Source of the DNA: Eledone cirrhosa
Taxonomy: Eukaryota
Direction of reading: 5' to 3'
NCBI GenBank assembly: GCA_964016885.1
Contig: OZ024742.1
Location: forward strand, 342,674,001-342,738,000
Length of the DNA: 64,000 nt
The translations under genes were made by a program, and so were the position numbers. Below are positions 57,001-64,000 of this stretch, one piece after another (the first letter of the stretch is position 1; every line of letters starts with the position of its first letter). Below the pieces are notes generated by a model. It made no database searches and was not told where the DNA came from. It saw only the letters and a program-made list of their open reading frames with translations.

Positions 57001-60000
57001 CTCCAGTGGTATGAAGTATGTGATCTACAGTGGTATGAAGTATGTGATCTCCAGTGGTATGAAGTATGTGATCTACAGTGGTATGAAGTATGTAATCTCC
57101 AGTGGTATGAAGTATGTGATCTACAGTGGTATGAAGTATGTGATCTCCAGTGGTATGAAGTATGTCAGCTCCAGTGGTATGAAGTATGTGATCCCCTGTG
57201 GTATGAAGTATGTGATCTACAGTGGTATGAAGTATGTGATCTCCAGTGGTATAAAGTATGTGATCTACACTGGTATGAAGTATGTTATCTACAGTGGTAT
57301 GAAGTATGTGATCTCCAGTGGTATGAAGTATGTTAGCTCCAGTGGTATGAAGTGTGTGATCTACAGTGGTATGAAGTATGTGATCTCCAGTGGTATGAAG
57401 TATGTGATCTACAGTGGTATGAAGTATGTGATTTACAGTGGTATGAAGTATGTGATCTACAGTGGTATGAAGTATGTGATCTCCTGTGGTATGAAGTATG
57501 TGATCTACAGTGGTATGAACTATGTGATCTCCAGTGGTCTATAGTATGTGATCTACAGTGGTATGAAGTATGTGATATCCTGTGGTATGAAGTATGTGAT
57601 CTCCAGTGGTATGAAGTATGTCAGCTCCAGTGGTATGAAGTATGTGATCTCCTGTGGTATGAAGTATGTGATCTACAGTGGTATGAAGTATGTGATCTCC
57701 AGTGGTATGAAGTATGTGATCTATAGTGGTATGAAGTATGTGATATCCTGTGGTATGAAGTATGTGATCTCCAGTGGTATGAAGTATGTCAGCTCCAGTG
57801 GTATGAAGTATGTGATCTCCAGGGGTATGAAGTATGCGGTCTACAGTGGTATGAAGTATGTGATCTCCTGTGGTATGAAGTATGTGATCTACAGTGGTAT
57901 GAAGTATGTTAGCTCCTGTGGTATGAAGTATGTGATCTCCAGTGGTATGAAGTATGTGATCTAAAGTGGTATGAAGTATGTGATCTACAGTGGTATGAAG
58001 TATGTAATCTCCAGTGGTATGAAGTATGTGATCTACAGTGGTATGAAGTATGTGATCTCCAGTGGTATGAAGTATGTCAACTCCAGTGGTATGAAGTATG
58101 TTATCTCCTGTGGTATGAAGTATGTGATCTACAGTGGTATGAAGTATGTTAGCTCCTGTGGTATGAAGTATGTGATCTCCAGTGGTATGAAGTATGTTAT
58201 CTACAGTGGTATGAAGTATGTAATCTCCAGTGGTATGAAGTATGTGATCTACAGTGGTATGAAGTATGTGATCTCCTGTGCTATGAAGTATGTGATCTAC
58301 AGTGGTATGAAGTATGTGATCTCCAGTGGTATGAAGTATGTGATCTACAGTGGTATGAAGTATGTGATATACAGTGGTATGAAGCTTGTGATCTACAGTG
58401 GTATGAAGTATGTGATCTACAGTGGTATGAAGTATGTGATCTACAGTGGTATGAAGTATGTGATCTACAGTGGTATGAAGTATGTGATCTACAGTGGTAT
58501 GAAGTATGTCAGCTCCAGTGGTATGAAGTATGTGATCTACAGTGGTATGAAGTATGTTAGCTCCAGTGGTATGAAGTATGTGATCTACAGTGGTATGAAG
58601 TATGTCAGCTCCAGTGGTATGAAGTATGTGATCTCCAGTGGTATGAAGTATGTGATCTCCTGTGGTATGAAGTATGTGATCTACAGTGGTATGAAGTATG
58701 TGATCTACAGTGGTATGAATTATGTGATCTACAGTGGTATGAAGTATGTCAGCTCCAGTGGTATGAAGTATGTGATCTACAGTGGTATGAAGTATGTCAG
58801 CTCCAGTGGTATGAAGTATGTGATCTGCAGTGGTATGAAGTATGTGATCTTCAGTGGTATGAAGTATGTGATCTCCATTGGTATGAAGTATGTGATCTAC
58901 AGTGGTATGAAGTATGTGATCTACAGTGGTATGAAGTATGTGATCTACAGTGGTATGAAGTATGTGATCTACAGTGGTATGAAGTATGTCAGCTCCAGTG
59001 GTATGAAGTATGTGATCTACAGTGGTATGAAGTATGTGATCTACAGTGGTATGAAGTATGTGATCTACAGTGGTATGAAGTATGTCAGCTCCAGTGGTAT
59101 GAAGTATGTGATCTACAGTGGTATGAAGTATTCAGCTCCAGTGGTATGAAGTATGTGATCTACAGTGGTATGAAGTATGTGATCTACAGTGGTATGAATA
59201 TGTGATCTACAGTGGTATGAAGTATGTGATCTCCAGTAGTATGAAGTATGTGATCTACAGTGGTATGAAGTATGTGATCTACAGTGGTATGAAGTATGCT
59301 AGCTCCTGTGGTATGAAGTATGTGATCTCCAGTGGTATGAAGTATGTGATCTACAGTGGTATGAAGTATGTAATCTCCAGTGGTATGAAGTATGTGATCT
59401 ACAGTGGTATGAAGTATGTGATCTACAGAGGTATGAAGTATGTGATTTACAGTGGTATGAAGTATGTGATCTACAGTGGTATGAAGTATGTGATCTCCTG
59501 TGGTATGAAGTATGTGATCTACAGTGGTATGAAGTATGTGATCTCCAGTGGTATGAAGTATGTGATCTACAGTGGTATGAAGTATGTGATATCCTGTGGT
59601 ATGAAGTATGTGATCTCCAGTGGTATGAAGTATGTCAGCTCCAGTGGTATGAAGTATGTGATCTCCTGTGGTATGAAGTATGTGATCTACAGTGGTATGA
59701 AGTATGTGATCTCCAGTGGTATGAAGTATGTGATCTACAGTGGTATGAAGTATGTGATATCCTGTGGTATGAAGTATGTGATCTCCAGTGGTATGAAGTA
59801 TGTCAGCTCCAGTGGTATGAAGTATGTGATCTCCAGTTGTATGAAGTATGTGATCTACAGTGGTATGAAGTATGCGATCTCCTGTGGTATGAAGTATGTG
59901 ATCTACAGTGGTATGAAGTATGTTAGCTCCTGTGGTATGAAGTATGTGATCTCCAGTGGTATGAAGTATGTGATCTCCAGTGGTATGAAGTATGTGATCT

Positions 60001-63000
60001 ACAGTGGTATGAAGTATGTGATCTCCTGTGGTATGAAGTATGTGATCTACAGTGGTATGAAGTATGTGATCTCCAGTGGTATGAAGTATGTGATCTACAG
60101 TGGTATGAAGTATGTGATCTACAGTGGTATGAAGCATGTGATCTACAGTGGTATGAAGTATGTGATATCCTGTGGTATGAAGCATGTGATATCCTGTGGT
60201 ATGAAGTATGTGATCTCTAGTGGTATGAAGTATGTGATCTCCAGTGGTATGAATTATGTGATCTCCAGTGGTATGAAGTATGTGATATCCTGTGGTATGA
60301 AGTATGTGATCTCCAGTGGTATGAAGTATATGATCTCCGTGGTATGAAGTATGTGATCTACAGTGGTATGAAGTATGTGATCTCCAGTAGTATGAAGTAT
60401 GTCAGCTCCAGTGGTATGAAGTATGTCAGCTCCAGTGGTATGAAGTATGTGATCTACAGTGGTATGAAGTATGTGATTTCCAGTGGTATGAAGTATGTCA
60501 ACTCCAGTGGTATGAAGTATGTCAGCTCCAGTGGTATGAAGTATGTGATCTAAAGTGGTATGAAGTATGTGATCTCCAGTGGTATGAAGTATGTCAACTC
60601 CAGTGGTATGAAGTATGTGATCTACAGTGGTATGAAGTATGTCAGCTCCAGTGGTATGAAGTATGTGATCTCCTGTGGTATGAAGTATGTGATCTACAGT
60701 GGTATGAAGTATGTGATCTCCAGTGGTATGAAGTATGTGATCTACAGTGGTATGAAGTATGTAATCTCCAGTGGTATGAAGTATGTGATCTACAGTGGTA
60801 TGATGTATGTGATCTACAGTGGTATGAAGTATGTGATCTCCAGTGGTATGAAGTATGTCAGCTCCAGTGGTATGAAGTATGTGATCTCCTGTGGTATGAA
60901 GTATGTGATCTACAGTGGTATGAAGTATGTGATCTCCAGTGGTATGAAGTATGTGATCTACAGTGGAATGAAGTATGTAATCTCCAGTGGTATGAAGTAT
61001 GTGATCTCCAGTGGTATGAAGTATGTGATCTACAGTGGTATGAAGTATGTAATCTCCAGTGGTATGAAGTATGTGATCTACAGTGGTATGAAGTATGTGA
61101 TCTCCAGTGGTATGAAGTATGTCAGCTCCAGTGGTATGAAGTATGTGATCCCCTGTGGTATGAAGTATGTGATCTACAGTGGTATGAAGTATGTGATCTC
61201 CAGTGGTATAAAGTATGTGATCTACACTGGTATGAAGTATGTTATCTACAGTGGTATGAAGTATGTGATCTCCAGTGGTATGAAGTATGTTAGCTCCAGT
61301 GGTATGAAGTGTGTGATCTACAGTGGTATGAAGTATGTGATCTCCAGTGGTATGAAGTATGTGATCTACAGTGGTATGAAGTATGTGATTTACAGTGGTA
61401 TGAAGTATGTGATCTACAGTGGTATGAAGTATGTGATCTCCTGTGGTATGAAGTATGTGATCTACAGTGGTATGAAGTATGTGATCTCCAGTGTTCTATA
61501 GCATGTGATCTACAGTGGTATGAAATATGTGATATCCTGTGGTATGAAGTATGTGATCTCCAGTGGTATGAAGTATGTCAGCTCCAGTGGTATGAAGTAT
61601 GTGATCTCCTGTGGTATGAAGTATGTGATCTACAGTGGTATGAAGTATGTGATCTCCAGTGGTATGAAGTATGTGATCTATAGTGGTATGAAGTATGTGA
61701 TATCCTGTGGTATGAAGTATGTGATCTCCAGTGGTATGAAGTATGTCAGCTCCAGTGGTATGAAGTATGTGATCTCCAGGGGTATGAAGTATGCGGTCTA
61801 CAGTGGTATGAAGTATGTGATCTCCTGTGGTATGAAGTATGTGATCTACAGTGGTATGAAGTATGTTAGCTCCTGTGGTATGAAGTATGTGATCTCCAGT
61901 GGTATGAAGTATGTGATCTAAAGTGGTATGAAGTATGTGATCTACAGTGGTATGAAGTATGTAATCTCCAGTGGTATGAAGTATGTGATCTACAGTGGTA
62001 TGAAGTATGTGATCTCCAGTGGTATGAAGTATGTCAACTCCAGTGGTATGAAGTATGTTATCTCCTGTGGTATGAAGTATGTGATCTACAGTGGTATGAA
62101 GTATGTTAGCTCCTGTGGTATGAAGTATGTGATCTCCAGTGGTATGAAGTATGTGATCTACAGTGGTATGAAGTATGTAATCTCCAGTGGTATGAAGTAT
62201 GTGATCTACAGTGGTATGAAGTATGTGATCTCCTGTGCTATGAAGTATGTGATCTACAGTGGTATGAAGTATGTGATCTCCAGTGGTATGAAGTATGTGA
62301 TCTACAGTGGTATGAAGTATGTGATATACAGTGGTATGAAGCTTGTGATCTACAGTGGTATGAAGTATGTGATCTACAGTGGTATGAAGTATGTGATCTA
62401 CAGTGGTATGAAGTATGTGATCTACAGTGGTATGAAGTATGTGATCTACAGTGGTATGAAGTATGTCAGCTCCAGTGGTATGAAGTATGTGATCTACAGT
62501 GGTATGAAGTATGTTAGCTCCAGTGGTATGAAGTATGTGATCTACAGTGGTATGAAGTATGTCAGCTCCAGTGGTATGAAGTATGTGATCTCCAGTGGTA
62601 TGAAGTATGTGATCTCCTGTGGTATGAAGTATGTGATCTACAGTGGTATGAAGTATGTGATCTACAGTGGTATGAATTATGTGATCTACAGTGGTATGAA
62701 GTATGTCAGCTCCAGTGGTATGAAGTATGTGATCTACAGTGGTATGAAGTATGTCAGCTCCAGTGGTATGAAGTATGTGATCTTCAGTGGTATGAAGTAT
62801 GTGATCTCCATTGGTATGAAGTATGTGATCTACAGTGGTATGAAGTATGTGATCTACAGTGGTATGAAGTATGTGATCTACAGTGGTATGAAGTATGTGA
62901 TCTACAGTGGTATGAAGTATGTGATCTACAGTGGTATGAAGTATGTCAGCTCCAGTGGTATGAAGTATGTGATCTACAGTGGTATGAAGTATGTGATCTA

Positions 63001-64000
63001 CAGTGGTATGAAGTATGTGATCTACAGTGGTATGAAGTATGTCAGCTCCAGTGGTATGAAGTATGTGATCTACAGTGGTATGAAGTATGTCAGCTCCAGT
63101 GGTATGAAGTATGTGATCTACAGTGGTATGAAGTATGTGATCTACAGTGGTATGAATATGTGATCTACAGTGGTATGAAGTATGTGATCTCCAGTAGTAT
63201 GAAGTATGTGATCTACAGTGGTATGAAGTATGTGATCTACAGTGGTATGAAGTATGCTAGCTCCTGTGGTATGAAGTATGTGATCTCCAGTGGTATGAAG
63301 TATGTGATCTACAGTGGTATGAAGTATGTAATCTCCAGTGGTATGAAGTATGTGATCTACAGTGGTATGAAGTATGTGATCTACAGAGGTATGAAGTATG
63401 TGATTTACAGTGGTATGAAGTATGTGATCTACAGTGGTATGAAGTATGTGATCTCCTGTGGTATGAAGTATGTGATCTACAGTGGTATGAAGTATGTGAT
63501 CTCCAGTGGTATGAAGTATGTGATCTACAGTGGTATGAAGTATGTGATATCCTGTGGTATGAAGTATGTGATCTCCAGTGGTATGAAGTATGTCAGCTCC
63601 AGTGGTATGAAGTATGTGATCTCCTGTGGTATGAAGTATGTGATCTACAGTGGTATGAAGTATGTGATCTCCAGTGGTATGAAGTATGTGATCTACAGTG
63701 GTATGAAGTATGTGATATCCTGTGGTATGAAGTATGTGATCTCCAGTGGTATGAAGTATGTCAGCTCCAGTGGTATGAAGTATGTGATCTCCAGTTGTAT
63801 GAAGTATGTGATCTACAGTGGTATGAAGTATGCGATCTCCTGTGGTATGAAGTATGTGATCTACAGTGGTATGAAGTATGTTAGCTCCTGTGGTATGAAG
63901 TATGTGATCTCCAGTGGTATGAAGTATGTGATCTCCAGTGGTATGAAGTATGTGATCTACAGTGGTATGAAGTATGTGATCTCCTGTGGTATGAAGTATG
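56630..64000 (+). repeat. Tandem higher-order duplication with about 3.96 kb period, second copy truncated by the window end
   Basis: AAGCTT occurs at 58382 and 62339 (offset 3957). ORF landmarks pair as 57352/61309, 57548/61505 and 57971/61928. ATCCCCTGT, TACACTGG, AGGGGT-GCGGTC and TGTGCT are shared. Confidence 0.9.

Larger units (their letters stand above)
1..64000 (+). repeat. 24-bp tandem satellite / giant minisatellite array, consensus ATGAAGTATGTGATCT(C/A)CAGTGGT, about 2,670 head-to-tail units, truncated by both window edges
   Basis: Every line of the window consists of this 24-mer or close variants, most differing by 0-3 substitutions. No unique spacer or inverted unit was seen. Copy number is 64000/24. 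Confidence 0.99.

Noticed and set aside
13-63163. Dozens of long ORFs on both strands as protein-coding genes
   Set aside because: They overlap in up to five frames, are pure translations of the 24-mer, and start and stop at sporadic point variants or indels. None has a unique domain.
1-64000. CRISPR array (constant repeat plus variable spacer)
   Set aside because: The variable part is only 8 bp, consists of a few mutually related alleles reused hundreds of times, and there is no leader or cas gene in the window.
1-64000. Telomerase-synthesised long telomeric repeat, as in the 23-25 bp Candida and Kluyveromyces units
   Set aside because: The unit length and G/T-rich strand are similar, but the sequence does not match the units I know. 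Multi-kb inherited variant patterns imply DNA-level duplication rather than templated unit addition. A subtelomeric location is not excluded.
1-64000. Rolling-circle or reverse-transcriptase concatemer (DRT2 neo-like endless ORF) or amplification artefact
   Set aside because: A concatemer of one template would give identical units with random errors. Here variants and indels are shared hierarchically between distant blocks, and no RT or template locus is present.
1-64000. Fungal RIP signature (several CpA>TpA and TpG>TpA variants such as TATAGT, GTAATC, AGTAGT, TATATG)
   Set aside because: TG and CA are abundant in the unit, so such transitions are expected. Most TG and CA sites are intact and transversions are common, unlike RIP-mutated repeats.

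Overview
The whole 64 kb window is one uninterrupted, head-to-tail tandem array of a 24-bp unit, consensus ATGAAGTATGTGATCT(C/A)CAGTGGT. It holds about 2,670 copies at roughly 40% GC, all on the same strand, and runs off both ends of the window. I see no unique sequence, inversion, transposon, RNA gene or recognisable protein-coding gene. The long ORFs (MKYVISSG, WYEVCDLQ, HTTGDHIL, PLEITYFI and SYHWRSHT repeats) arise because the unit is a multiple of 3 and lacks stops in 4-5 of 6 frames. The informative structure is in the variants. Each unit is a near-constant 16-bp core (GTGGTATGAAGTATGT) plus an 8-bp variable segment with a handful of linked alleles. Rare substitutions and indels show nested higher-order duplications at offsets of about 168 bp, 504 bp, 2.5, 3.07, 3.2, 4.0, 4.3, 4.75, 5.1-5.3 and 6.9 kb, a change of variant spectrum near 27.5 kb, and a mosaic junction near 59.2 kb. 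The best reading is a eukaryotic-type satellite or giant minisatellite evolving by segmental amplification. Host and function cannot be determined from this window, and I found no sequence support for a novel multi-gene system.
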